The notes: generated from the letters alone by a model not told the origin. A stretch of 64,000 nucleotides of DNA from Patescibacteria group bacterium (GCA_035549295.1 DASZRG010000033.1:2304-66303); one strand, 5' to 3'. Counted from the stretch's first letter, positions 1 through 10,004 are shown. Translations and numbers: made by a program.

Positions 1-24
1 CAGAAAACGTAAGACTTATCAATA

Positions 25-1509
25 CTACTTTAGCTCCAACCCTTCTCCTGCTACTGCCTTGACGTTTTCAATAAATGGTATAAATTGCTCTTGGTATCTC
101 AGCAGAGCTTGAAAAGCAATCATACCTATTTGCACTGGTCCATTAAACTGCGTTGGCTCATTCGGCTTAGGCTGCTCACCCATTACATGTGAGTAAGTAA
201 TCCTTGTTCTATTCCAAATTTTACTCCAATCATCCTGAGTACTTCTCACGCTTGGATGAGAAATCAATAACATCTGTACCCCAACCATACCTGATATCCA
301 CGACTCTTCCGACGCGAAACGTGATTTACCTGATTTGTCAGTCCTTTTTTTAATATCATCTATTACTTCCTTCGGAAGTGGCGGTGCACTTCTTGTATCA
401 TGTAGAACAAAACCGTAAGAACCATCGGGAGCTTCTTGTACTCGAACTACTGGGATAGCTAGTTCACCAAACTTAACATTCCCATCTGGATACTGAATAC
501 CTGCAATCGCACCCTCGAGCTTTTCCCTAGATCCATCACCTATAAAAATATTACCAGTCTCATCATCCACTTCAATATCAATATATTTGCGAAACTTTCC
601 TTCTTTCAAAAGTGTATATTCGTTTCTGGGGACATTGTAAAAACCCTCACCTATTTTTATAATTGTGTGGCCTTTTACGTCCTTTGCTTGCCTTAAAATA
701 TTCTTATCCAATAAGTCTTCGTTATATACAGCATTTCCATCTTCATCTTTGTATAAAGTTGCACGCCTTCTTCCTGCTTCTGCCACATATGGATTAAACA
801 TCTCAAGCTCATCCGGTGACCCTTGTCCTCTTATGAGACGTGCGGCTTTATTTCTGCTGATAGATCGCCCGGACGTCTTCAGATGTCTCACTTCATCTTC
901 TGACAACATAAAAAATCGAGTTAAAAGTGCTGGGTCAATAGGAGCTTTCCCTTCAATCATATCTTTTATAACTCTTTTTGCATCGTCTAAGTCGGGACGT
1001 TCAATCGCTGGTAAACCAGAAAGTGCGTCAATTGCATGACGAGTCTTAATAGCAAGACTAAGATTTTCCTGGTATTGTTTTATGTTCGAATTTATATATT
1101 CGTGCATTTTTCCATCTCCAAAAACCTTGGCCTGATGCTCAAGGGATCCGAAATAGGCGCCCCACACTCCAGGCATACCCTCCTCATGCCTCGCTCGTCG
1201 TTTGTGATCTGAATGCAGGATAGTGTAAATATCGGAGGAGGCATCACCAATACCTGGATCGCTATTTGAGATTTTTAACAATCTTGTATACAGCTCCACC
1301 CCATTCAACGGCGGAAAGACTATGGCATACTCTTGACCTGCGTCATGCGGTATTGAATAAACTGATACGCTATCGTGAGGAATGGGGTTTTCTCTGTCTT
1401 CAGGCTGCAGGAGCTTAACAAGAGGTACGTTATGAATAACACGAACTTGCTGCTCAGGTCTTTTTAATTCATTGTTTTGATAGTCGACTGGTTGGACCTC
1501 GGAACTCAT
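25..1509 (-). CDS. hypothetical protein, tandem paralog of 1724-3268
   Basis: Long ORF. ATG 1509 (MSSEVQP) lies 8 nt after TGCTAAAAT. C-terminus nearly identical to the neighbouring gene (FIPFIxNVKAVAGEGxELK). Confidence 0.8.
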   Translation of the reverse strand: MSSEVQPVDYQNNELKRPEQQVRVIHNVPLVKLLQPEDRENPIPHDSVSVYSIPHDAGQEYAIVFPPLNGVELYTRLLKISNSDPGIGDASSDIYTILHSDHKRRARHEEGMPGVWGAYFGSLEHQAKVFGDGKMHEYINSNIKQYQENLSLAIKTRHAIDALSGLPAIERPDLDDAKRVIKDMIEGKAPIDPALLTRFFMLSEDEVRHLKTSGRSISRNKAARLIRGQGSPDELEMFNPYVAEAGRRRATLYKDEDGNAVYNEDLLDKNILRQAKDVKGHTIIKIGEGFYNVPRNEYTLLKEGKFRKYIDIEVDDETGNIFIGDGSREKLEGAIAGIQYPDGNVKFGELAIPVVRVQEAPDGSYGFVLHDTRSAPPLPKEVIDDIKKRTDKSGKSRFASEESWISGMVGVQMLLISHPSVRSTQDDWSKIWNRTRITYSHVMGEQPKPNEPTQFNGPVQIGMIAFQALLRYQEQFIPFIENVKAVAGEGLELK

Positions 1510-1723
1510 GATTGGAGATTTTAGCACATTTTGAGGTTTATAGCTTTTGGATAATAGTTTTTTACAATAAAAAAACGCTTCTGAGAAGCACATAATGATT
1601 ATACTAAACTGACTTTCTCCTCGACTAAATTTCTAGTTTAGAGTGACCCTTCACCTTCGCTCCGCTCAACCAGTTGTTTTTGGAATAAAAGTGTTTTATC
1701 AGAAACGAGAAGAGTTATCTATA

Positions 1724-3268
1724 CTACTTTAACTCCGATCCTTCTCCTGCTACTGCCTTAACGTTATCGATAAATGGTATGAAATGTTCTGGATAGCGAC
1801 TTAGTGCTTGCAATGCAATCACGCCGGATTGAACCGGACCATTTACTTGATCTTCAAAAAATTGATAATTAATCTTATGTTTTGGCGCATCTCCTGTAAC
1901 ATCTGCGAACGTAATTCTTTTTTTTCCCCAAATCAAACTCCAAGTGTCTTCTATTTTTCGAATAGTTGGATGAGAAGCAGTAAGCATCTGCACACCAACC
2001 ATGCCTGAAATCCAACTTTTATCACTCTCGAGAATCGAACCCCCTACATCATCTGTCCAAGCAACAATATCATTCAAGACCGCTTCTGGAAGTTCAGGTG
2101 AAGTCTTTAACTCATTCAGGATAAAGCCAAAATTTCCATTATCATCTTCAAGAATTCTTACTATAGGTATAGCAAGTCTTCCATGGGGCAACGGCTTCAT
2201 TTCAGGCTTTTTCAATCCTGCAAGATGAGATTCTAAAACTTGTATCGTATCGTCGTACTCAACTCTACCTTCCTCATCAACATTTATCTTAATTTTCATA
2301 CCAGTCTTATCATTTAAAAATCCTTCAAGGACAACATCATGAGGAAATCCATATTTTCTTTCGTTAATTTGTATGACAGTGCAATTTCTAACGTCAGCAA
2401 AACTTGCCGTCGCCATTTTTGTCATTTGTACTTCATTGTATGAAACATCACCATTTTCATCTACAATCATTCCAGATTTAGCTTTTGCTGCGGCTACAAC
2501 TGCAGGCTCAAAGTCTGCAAGCTGTTTGGGCGAACCCTTACCCCTTAAAAGTTCTGCTGCCTTTCCAATAGACAACAGTTTTTTACTTTTGTGAAATCTT
2601 CTCACTTCATCACCTTTCAGGTTAAAAAATTTTCTTAAAAACTCAACATCAGTTTCGCATCTATCCTCTAAAGCGTCCTTTGCGTCTTGTTTTAGATGTT
2701 CTATTCCTTCTGAGACTTCCTCAACCGTTGTTCCAGTGGTGCTTTTTAAAATCTCAAGAAGTCGTCTTGTTGCTTCAAAGTCATCATTATAAGCCTTGCT
2801 ATCCTTCCTAAATTCATGCTGCATTATTCTATTGTTATAATTTCCATCGAAAAGAACGTCTCTCTGAAGTCTAACTGAACTAAAATATGCTCCCCATAAG
2901 AGTCCCATTCCTTGCCCATGTTCGCCTCGAAGTCGTGGTCCATTTCCACCCCGGTGTGACAAAATCATATTATAATCATCTATCACTCCTGTGAAGCCGT
3001 CCTCTTGCACGGAAACGCTGTTCTGAACATCAAGAAGTTTTATACCATCTTTCGGCGCAAAGACTACTGCATATTCCGTCCCTTCAGGACGCGGAATAGT
3101 ATATATAGAAACGCGGTCTGTCGAGATGGGATTGTTTTGGTCTTTAGGCTCAAGAAGTCCTGCCAGCGGAAAATTACGCATAACCATTACTGGGGATTCA
3201 GAAGTTCTGAGTTCGGCTCTACCTGCAAAGTCCTGCGCATGTGGCTCAAATCTTTGTTCGGCTGTCAT
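1724..3268 (-). CDS. hypothetical protein, tandem paralog of 25-1509
   Basis: 514-aa ORF sharing WGAYF, SWISGMVGVQML, NGPVQ and C-terminal motifs with the neighbour. Confidence 0.85.
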   Translation of the reverse strand: MTAEQRFEPHAQDFAGRAELRTSESPVMVMRNFPLAGLLEPKDQNNPISTDRVSIYTIPRPEGTEYAVVFAPKDGIKLLDVQNSVSVQEDGFTGVIDDYNMILSHRGGNGPRLRGEHGQGMGLLWGAYFSSVRLQRDVLFDGNYNNRIMQHEFRKDSKAYNDDFEATRRLLEILKSTTGTTVEEVSEGIEHLKQDAKDALEDRCETDVEFLRKFFNLKGDEVRRFHKSKKLLSIGKAAELLRGKGSPKQLADFEPAVVAAAKAKSGMIVDENGDVSYNEVQMTKMATASFADVRNCTVIQINERKYGFPHDVVLEGFLNDKTGMKIKINVDEEGRVEYDDTIQVLESHLAGLKKPEMKPLPHGRLAIPIVRILEDDNGNFGFILNELKTSPELPEAVLNDIVAWTDDVGGSILESDKSWISGMVGVQMLTASHPTIRKIEDTWSLIWGKKRITFADVTGDAPKHKINYQFFEDQVNGPVQSGVIALQALSRYPEHFIPFIDNVKAVAGEGSELK

Positions 3269-3311
3269 TGCCTGTGGATTATATTAACAATAGGCGCAAG
3301 TTTCAACTTTT

Positions 3312-5057
3312 TTAAAAGATGATTCTCACGCCGCCGAGTTCTTCGTAGTCGAATTCGTGGAAGTGGTGAATTGACCCTATGAGGATTCTATTTGTGTGGC
3401 TCTTGTACTCTTTCGCTATAGCCTTTACCGCCTGGGGACCAAATCTAAAATCCTTATAAACACAATCTATCTTAAAATGAGGAAAAGCGCCTGCCGCCTG
3501 AAGATGTGGAATAGCATTCTTTATCTCCTTGAATCTATCTCGGTCGTCTTTGTTATCGTGGTTGGCGCAATGGACGAGCGTTATATTCCATGCTGTTTCG
3601 TTGGAGTTTATATAGTGAAGTAGCGGATAGAGTCGCTCAACGTGATTGACAAATGCTATCACTCGACCGCTTGTCAGGTCTTCAAAGTGCGCCTCAATAT
3701 ATCTGTGTACAAAGCCAATATTTTTCGTCAGGCGCAATATTATCCTAAGGCTTAGATCCTCAAAGACTATCGACATGACAATAATAATCGCCGGTATGAA
3801 ATATATCGCAAAGTAAAAAAGATTGGTTGTATCTATTTTGATATTTCCTGCAATTCCCGAGAGCGTTGCCAGGAAAGCTACGATAACAAATACAGCAGGA
3901 GCGTTATACGTGCGTTTGAGCTCAGTTCTCGTCTCGCGAAGTATCAGATTGCCCAGTGCAAACATACTCATGACTCCAAGAAATGCGATAGTATAAACAC
4001 CGGCAAGTGACAAAATATTTCCACCGGTAAGAATTAATATCGATGCACATAGAAGAAAGAAAAGAATAATAATTCTTGGGTGACTTCCACTCTTGCTTCT
4101 CTTTGTCAAAAAGCCAGGAAGACATGCGTCGGATGCCATTCTGTAGATAAGCCCAGTCACACCAACAAATGATGTGAGTACTGCACCAGCAAGTACCAAA
4201 AATGCATCAATGACAATAAATATTTGAAAGTAATGACCTCCCATAACAGCTGCTTCCTGAGACAGTAAGAAGTCTTTTGCAGCGACGATTGATGACAGAG
4301 GCGAAAGACCAAGGATGATAAGTGCGATCAATGGATTGAAAATTGCGACACCTATCAACATGTTACGAAGTGTCTTTCGAAAAACTCCCTCATCCTGCTC
4401 TTCGACAAAATTGGCAGATGACTCAAATCCAGATACCCCAAGAAGTGATGCAGAGAATCCTAGGAAAAGTGCTGCTACTATACCGCCTTCTTTGTGAAGA
4501 ACAGTTGTTGTGTGCAACAAATTCTGAAGAAAGAAAGTGTGATGAGTAAAAAGTGTATAGCCACCTAGTGCGACAAAGGAAACAAGACTTACTATGTGAA
4601 GTATAAAAATACCAAGCGCAAGCTTCGCCGAATCCTTAATCCCTCCTATAACAAGCAGTGCGAAGAAGAAAAGCAGAGCTATCGTTGCAGGAATGACTGG
4701 AATCTGTGGCACTATGGTATGCAAATACTCAATACTTACTTTTCCAGAAAGAACAGCTGTTGCAATATACGACAGCATTGTGAGAACTCCTGCAACTGCT
4801 GCGACTGACTTGGAAGTAGCGTTAAGCAGACAGTTGTATGCCCCACCATTTATAGGAAGCGCCTCAACGACCTCTGTATAAACAGACTTATAGAAGAAAA
4901 GAATCGCAACGATTATGACGAGTACAAGTGGTGCGTATACTCCTGCATAAATTACTGCAATTCCTGATACGTAGAGGCATGAACTTAAAATGTCATTTCC
5001 GCAGATGGCGGTTGCTGCCCATTGTCCTAATTTTTTATGTCCAGATTTTTTCTCCAT
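3312..5057 (-). CDS. APC-family permease with C-terminal soluble domain
   Basis: About 12 hydrophobic segments, ATAICGNDILSSCLY and GVSGFESSANFVEE motifs. ATG at 5057. Confidence 0.85.
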   Translation of the reverse strand: MEKKSGHKKLGQWAATAICGNDILSSCLYVSGIAVIYAGVYAPLVLVIIVAILFFYKSVYTEVVEALPINGGAYNCLLNATSKSVAAVAGVLTMLSYIATAVLSGKVSIEYLHTIVPQIPVIPATIALLFFFALLVIGGIKDSAKLALGIFILHIVSLVSFVALGGYTLFTHHTFFLQNLLHTTTVLHKEGGIVAALFLGFSASLLGVSGFESSANFVEEQDEGVFRKTLRNMLIGVAIFNPLIALIILGLSPLSSIVAAKDFLLSQEAAVMGGHYFQIFIVIDAFLVLAGAVLTSFVGVTGLIYRMASDACLPGFLTKRSKSGSHPRIIILFFLLCASILILTGGNILSLAGVYTIAFLGVMSMFALGNLILRETRTELKRTYNAPAVFVIVAFLATLSGIAGNIKIDTTNLFYFAIYFIPAIIIVMSIVFEDLSLRIILRLTKNIGFVHRYIEAHFEDLTSGRVIAFVNHVERLYPLLHYINSNETAWNITLVHCANHDNKDDRDRFKEIKNAIPHLQAAGAFPHFKIDCVYKDFRFGPQAVKAIAKEYKSHTNRILIGSIHHFHEFDYEELGGVRIIF

Positions 5058-5067
5058 TTTTACCAAC

Positions 5068-5131
5068 AAAAAACCACCTACAGGTGGCTTGCCCTGAGCC
5101 CTAAGCTGTTTTACGCGAGGAAATCATTATA
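5068..5131 (-). promoter_or_regulatory. -10 box plus 5' leader with intrinsic terminator (candidate attenuator/riboswitch)
   Basis: Minus strand: TATAAT (5131-5126), a short leader, then GCCACCT-GT-AGGTGG followed by T7, ending about 10 nt before the permease ATG. Confidence 0.7.
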
Positions 5132-5180
5132 GACACGAACACATAAAAATTTCAAGTGTCCTACTAAAATTTCTTACAAA

Positions 5181-5585
5181 TTAAACAATTTGTTCTATTC
5201 TCACTCTTGGGGTTAAGTGAACGTAGACGCCATGAACTTCAATTTTTCGATCTTCAAGTATTTCTTGCACTGTATCCACAGTCTTTTTAATATCCTCTTT
5301 TTGCTGCTCTTCGTTAACTGGATTACCGGCACAGTTTTCGTGACCATGAACTATTATTCCTGAGCTCTTATGCTTATCAGTTGAAACAAGTATCATTCCT
5401 TTTACGTCTTCGTACATTTCAGGATCTGTCTCCTTTTTTGAGAAAACTCCAACTAAACCTGCTTCCGTAACTGTATCTGCGAATTCAGCACCGAAAATAA
5501 GAGAAGCATAGCGATTAACCGCTTTCTGTACCCGTCCATCCATACATCCAACTGATGTAAAAAACGTTGCGATTGGATCTGCCAT
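5181..5585 (-). CDS. small beta-class carbonic anhydrase
   Basis: CMDGR (CxDxR) and HENC (HxxC) zinc-ligand motifs. Confidence 0.8.
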   Translation of the reverse strand: MADPIATFFTSVGCMDGRVQKAVNRYASLIFGAEFADTVTEAGLVGVFSKKETDPEMYEDVKGMILVSTDKHKSSGIIVHGHENCAGNPVNEEQQKEDIKKTVDTVQEILEDRKIEVHGVYVHLTPRVRIEQIV

Positions 5586-5679
5586 AAAGATCTATTATAT
5601 AAAACTTCTCATAACTTTCAAGATCCCATAATACTTGAAAAAGTAGTAAAAAATGAGTATAATTTCGACTTGTTAAAAT

Positions 5680-6852
5680 ATGACAAACGAATCAGAACAA
5701 TTCGTACCTCGAGAAGTAACTGAAGTCAGGAAAAAAGACAAAATTACTGCAGAAAGCCTCCTCTCTGATAATAGATCCGATAAAGCAAGAACAAATATTA
5801 CCATCTGGCACGAAAATGCTGCTGCTGGCCTCCTAATTGAATCTGACACATGCGGCGATGCAAGGCAAGAGGTGCCAGATTTAACACGGGCTGTCATCGT
5901 GCAAAGTATTGGCACCGCCGGATCAAAAGAAGAATATCGTGGTCTTATAAATCACAGGTCAATTAAAGCTGCTGTAAATGTCGCCCATTTTGCAGGAAAT
6001 ACTGTTAGACCCGGAGTTGCACCAACTGGCTGCGGTGGGCTTGCCGCAAAAGAAGAAATGGTTGCCAAAGGACAACAAGGCAGCAGAGAAGGTATCGGTC
6101 ATTATGTTGAAAATGATATATATCACTCAGATGTCATTGTCCAAACATGTGTTTCGGCAATTCAAATGGCCGATATGACGGACAAACCTGTACTTGCCGC
6201 AGCTCAAGATCATCTTACTGGAATAATTTTACCTCTGATTGCTTTCTGGACGAAGGGCAATACCAGATATAGCATTCACAACAGATCACTAACCATGGAT
6301 GACATTCTCAGACCTGAGAAATATAGTCCTTCAAAAATCTATCGAGATGGACTTCCAATTATAGATGAGGAAGATTTGCCAGAAGTTTTCCATGAATATT
6401 TAATGGCAAACACAATTGAGACTCGCGACCTCCATGTTAAATATCCTGATTTTCGCGAGAGGCAAACCACACAAAATCCATCAACTGTTTTGTTATCAAC
6501 TGATATAAGACCCCCTCGACTTAGGCTACCTGAAAGTTTTGACGAGCCTGGCTCTGTTTTCAGACTTAGCTTACCAAGGAGAAAGTTTGCCAATGGGACT
6601 GACATTTCCGTGGAGATACCTGAAAAAGACCTTGTGAGTGTCGTAAACCAAACACAATACCCAATAGAGCACTTCAGCAATGTAGAAAATCTAATTATTG
6701 AAACCAGAGATTTTCAGGTTTCACTGGATCTCATGGGCCATTTTATGGCAAAGCCATGGATGAAAGACTGGCGAGAAAAAGGTGGGAAACAAGTAATTTT
6801 AGTTGAAACACAGGGAGGACGAATAAATAGAATTGCCGACGTTAAACTCTAA
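5680..6852 (+). CDS. divergent two-domain beta-carbonic-anhydrase-like protein
   Basis: CGDAR ... AH ... GCGG in the N-half. The C-half resembles a degenerate beta-CA (QNPSTVLLSTDIR...PGSVF). Confidence 0.55.
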   Translation: MTNESEQFVPREVTEVRKKDKITAESLLSDNRSDKARTNITIWHENAAAGLLIESDTCGDARQEVPDLTRAVIVQSIGTAGSKEEYRGLINHRSIKAAVNVAHFAGNTVRPGVAPTGCGGLAAKEEMVAKGQQGSREGIGHYVENDIYHSDVIVQTCVSAIQMADMTDKPVLAAAQDHLTGIILPLIAFWTKGNTRYSIHNRSLTMDDILRPEKYSPSKIYRDGLPIIDEEDLPEVFHEYLMANTIETRDLHVKYPDFRERQTTQNPSTVLLSTDIRPPRLRLPESFDEPGSVFRLSLPRRKFANGTDISVEIPEKDLVSVVNQTQYPIEHFSNVENLIIETRDFQVSLDLMGHFMAKPWMKDWREKGGKQVILVETQGGRINRIADVKL

Positions 6853-8008
6853 ATTTACCTTCAGAACTTTTCAGTATTCCAGAAAGCTCCATTTTTGATA
6901 GCATTACGGAAAGTTTTGTATTTGGAATTTTGGTCTCGCGGGAAATCTCATCAATTGTCTTTTCCTCATCCTGAACACAATAAAAAATTTTCCGCTCATC
7001 TGCGTTCAGAGATTGCTTTGTCGCTTCGCTCCTCGCAATGACATAAATACCTGATTCGTGATTCTTGATTCTTAATTCGCTTAATATGTCGTCTACTGAA
7101 CTAACCAAAATCGCTCCTTGTTTTAATAATTTTAAACTTCCTTGACTCATTTGAGATGTAATCGGACCTGGTACTGCAAAAACTGTTTTGCCTTGTTTTA
7201 TTGCGAACTCGGCAGTAATAAGTGAACCACTCCCCTCTGCTGCTTCCGTGATAAGAACCGATGAACTTAGACCTGAAACAATTCGGTTGCGAGCTGGAAA
7301 CGAACCAACTGTTGCTGGCATACCTAGCGGATATTCTGAAATAATTAAGCCATTTTTATCGAGAATATTTTCATAAAGCTTTTCGTTTTCTCGAGGATAA
7401 GGACAATCAACTCCACATCCAAGAACAGCGATTGTTGAACCATTTGCATCAAGCGTCGCTTGATGAGCAACTCCATCTACTCCAAGCGCCATACCAGAGA
7501 CGATAATAAAACCATATGAGACGAGCTGTGAGACTAATGTTTCAGTAACTTGCCTACCGTAAGAAGTAATCTTGCGCGCACCGACGACGGCGATGACGGA
7601 AGAATTTGCCTGATCCTGGTCAAGCCAGGATGACAAATTCTGTCGAGATTCTGAAACAAGTTCAGAATGACAGGATAAAAGTAGTTCTTTGTTTCCTTTT
7701 ACGTAAAGGCCGATCGGTGGTGAATCGAGCTTCCTCAGACTTTCTGGATAATATTTATCTCCATAAGGGATAAAAGTCACTCGTGCTTTATTGAGCATTC
7801 CAAGATAATTTTGTATATCGAATGACTTCTTAAACTCGGCAAACTTTGCAAAATTACTTTTACCAATTCCCACCTCTTTATATTTTGCAAGAGTATCATT
7901 TTCCCATGCGTCGCGTGCTGTCCCAAACTTTTTCAATAGCTTTTGGAATCCCTTTGGACCAACACCAACCGAATTTGAAAAGGCAAGAATGAAATCTCTC
8001 TCAATCAT
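6842..8008 (-). CDS. dprA: DNA-processing protein DprA
   Basis: AVVGAR, VSGMALGVDG, FPARNRIVSGLS and SGSLITA motifs, C-terminal winged helix. Confidence 0.95.
   Translation of the reverse strand: MIERDFILAFSNSVGVGPKGFQKLLKKFGTARDAWENDTLAKYKEVGIGKSNFAKFAEFKKSFDIQNYLGMLNKARVTFIPYGDKYYPESLRKLDSPPIGLYVKGNKELLLSCHSELVSESRQNLSSWLDQDQANSSVIAVVGARKITSYGRQVTETLVSQLVSYGFIIVSGMALGVDGVAHQATLDANGSTIAVLGCGVDCPYPRENEKLYENILDKNGLIISEYPLGMPATVGSFPARNRIVSGLSSSVLITEAAEGSGSLITAEFAIKQGKTVFAVPGPITSQMSQGSLKLLKQGAILVSSVDDILSELRIKNHESGIYVIARSEATKQSLNADERKIFYCVQDEEKTIDEISRETKIPNTKLSVMLSKMELSGILKSSEGKFRV
7009..7043. repeat. REP/RPE-like palindrome in-frame in dprA (VIARSEATKQS)
   Basis: 35 bp, differs at one position from the intergenic copy at 11086-11120. 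Confidence 0.9.
7612..7672. repeat. two GTCAT-type REP palindromes in-frame in dprA
   Basis: GATCCTGGTCAAGCCAGGATGACA and GAGATTCTGAAACAAGTTCAGAATGACA; the second matches the intergenic copies. Confidence 0.9.
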
Positions 8009-8031
8009 TTGCTTAAGAATATCACATTCTT

Positions 8032-8092
8032 GTCGTCCTGAGACTCGCTTCAGGACCTCATCGTTGAGATTCTGAAACTAGTTCAGAATGAC
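8032..8092. repeat. inverted REP doublet
   Basis: GTCGTCCTGA..TTCAGGACCTC-spacer-GAGATTCTGAAACTAGTTCAGAATGAC. Confidence 0.85.
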
Positions 8093-8120
8093 GTCGTATT
8101 GGGTGTGGTAAAATTGATGT

Positions 8121-8939
8121 ATGAAAGTTAGGTTTCTTCATCTTAATATTTTTCAGGGGAAATATTTTACAAGAATAGTAAAGTTTATAAAGGAAAATGA
8201 CATAGATTTGCTTCATCTGCAGGAAGTGACAGGCGGAAAACTAAGCAAAGGCGGCGGATTCTCGTATGAGCATGTGCCTGAAGCAAACGAAATGATAATC
8301 GCCCAGGATACTGTAGGAATTGATAATCTCAAAAGGCTAAAAGAAGAATTTCCCTATGACTTTCGATTTGCAAAAACGTCAGGCTTTGTTGGGGACCCTA
8401 CAGCATATTACGGCAATGGAACTTTCTTCAGACCTGAGTTTAAATTGCTTGATGAAAAGATCATAGTATTACATCCGGAGAATGAAGAGACTCCTGAATT
8501 TAACAAATGGGAAGAATCAGGAAGATCAGCACTTTTTCTAAAATTTGAAATAGAAAATAAAACTTTTTGGAGCATCAATACTCATCTTGCATGGGGTAAC
8601 AATCCATACGATGCAGATTACAAAACCAAACAGGCACAACTTATCATCGACGAGATTGAAAAGCTAAAAGAACCATTTATCTTGAGTGGAGACTTTAATA
8701 TGGTTGCCGAGACTCAGGTTGTTGCAATGTTTGAAAAGTATGGGACCAACTGGACAAAAAAAGAAGGTATTACAAATACATTAAATGGGCATGTTCACGG
8801 TATAAAAAAACTATTTCCGCCGGGTCTTGCTGTCGACTATGTCTTCACCTCACCTGAAGTAAACGTAAAATCATATAGGCTAGTTGATGAAATTGACCTC
8901 TCTGACCACTATGGAATGCTTCTGGAGTTAGAGGTCTAG
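8121..8939 (+). CDS. endonuclease/exonuclease/phosphatase family protein
   Basis: LQEV, NTHL, GDFN, DYVF and SDH motifs. Confidence 0.9.
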   Translation: MKVRFLHLNIFQGKYFTRIVKFIKENDIDLLHLQEVTGGKLSKGGGFSYEHVPEANEMIIAQDTVGIDNLKRLKEEFPYDFRFAKTSGFVGDPTAYYGNGTFFRPEFKLLDEKIIVLHPENEETPEFNKWEESGRSALFLKFEIENKTFWSINTHLAWGNNPYDADYKTKQAQLIIDEIEKLKEPFILSGDFNMVAETQVVAMFEKYGTNWTKKEGITNTLNGHVHGIKKLFPPGLAVDYVFTSPEVNVKSYRLVDEIDLSDHYGMLLELEV

Positions 8940-8940
8940 A

Positions 8941-9327
8941 CTAACCTCTTGTCTTTTGGAATTCTTCTCTTAACTCGATGTCGATGTCATATGCGCGACG
9001 GTTTGCCTCTTCAATTTGTTCAGGTGTAAATTTAGCCTCCTCAGTCAGATCATTTTCAGCTCTCACAGCATTATTTGCCGTGAAATATGCGAAATTTGCG
9101 AGCATAACATCCCCAGCTTTTTTGTTCTCGGGTGTAAGTCCACGCGTATGAAGCCCCGTCCATGCATCGAAAACCATTGCTTTACCAGCTTCGAACCCGC
9201 CCTCTACTTTGGTTGCAGCAACACCAATATCAGCATATTTTATATTCAGAGGCGTTTTCAAGGGATGGAGATTTCGCTGATCTATAGTTCTCTGTGAAAC
9301 TGGTAAGTCTGCCGATGGTTCTGGCAT
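8941..9327 (-). CDS. hypothetical protein
   Basis: 128-aa ORF; TGCTATAAC 6 nt before the ATG. Confidence 0.65.
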   Translation of the reverse strand: MPEPSADLPVSQRTIDQRNLHPLKTPLNIKYADIGVAATKVEGGFEAGKAMVFDAWTGLHTRGLTPENKKAGDVMLANFAYFTANNAVRAENDLTEEAKFTPEQIEEANRRAYDIDIELREEFQKTRG

Positions 9328-9368
9328 GATTATGTTATAGCATAGGTTTTAAAATTTTAATACTACTT

Positions 9369-10004
9369 TTAACCTCCGTCTTCAATTTTTGATTCAACAT
9401 CTCGTTTTAAATCTACCGAATGATACGGGTTGTCACCAACACCAAAGTAAAACCGCCCGTAAGCTCCATGACCTATATGACTTGGAGTTCCATACGATCC
9501 TCCGGATCGATTCGTTGAAGTACTACTTTGTCCAGGAATATTCTGAGTCTTAGGTTGACCATCCGGATAAAATTCTTCTATAAAAGGGCGTGCAAGATCA
9601 ACAAATAACGCATGGTCTCTTATCAAAATCGAATTCATAGTATAATGAGGAGCATAAGTAGCTCCCGGACCCTGAGAATAACTAGCATGAGCAACAGGAA
9701 CTTTTCCTTTTAGCCTTTCTTTTAGCACTGATAAAGGCCTGCGACTGATATTTGTTCTTATATCAAATCCTTCTAAAACTGCTTTTCCTATACTCATAAA
9801 TCTCGGGTCTTTTCCCCTCATGAGCTTCTGGAGAATATACCCATTTGTCAATTTGGAATCAAAAAATGCCTGTAGCTTACTGTAATTTCTCTCGGCATCA
9901 ACAAACCCTACAAAATCATCAAAAGTATTTAAACCATCTAAAAAACTTAAATCTAATTCGGCCTCATCGGGGACGCCCTGTCCAATTTGATATTCAAAAC
10001 TCAT
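9369..10004 (-). CDS. hypothetical protein
   Basis: ATG 10004 (MSFE) lies 6 nt after TGCTATAAT. Confidence 0.7.
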   Translation of the reverse strand: MSFEYQIGQGVPDEAELDLSFLDGLNTFDDFVGFVDAERNYSKLQAFFDSKLTNGYILQKLMRGKDPRFMSIGKAVLEGFDIRTNISRRPLSVLKERLKGKVPVAHASYSQGPGATYAPHYTMNSILIRDHALFVDLARPFIEEFYPDGQPKTQNIPGQSSTSTNRSGGSYGTPSHIGHGAYGRFYFGVGDNPYHSVDLKRDVESKIEDGG

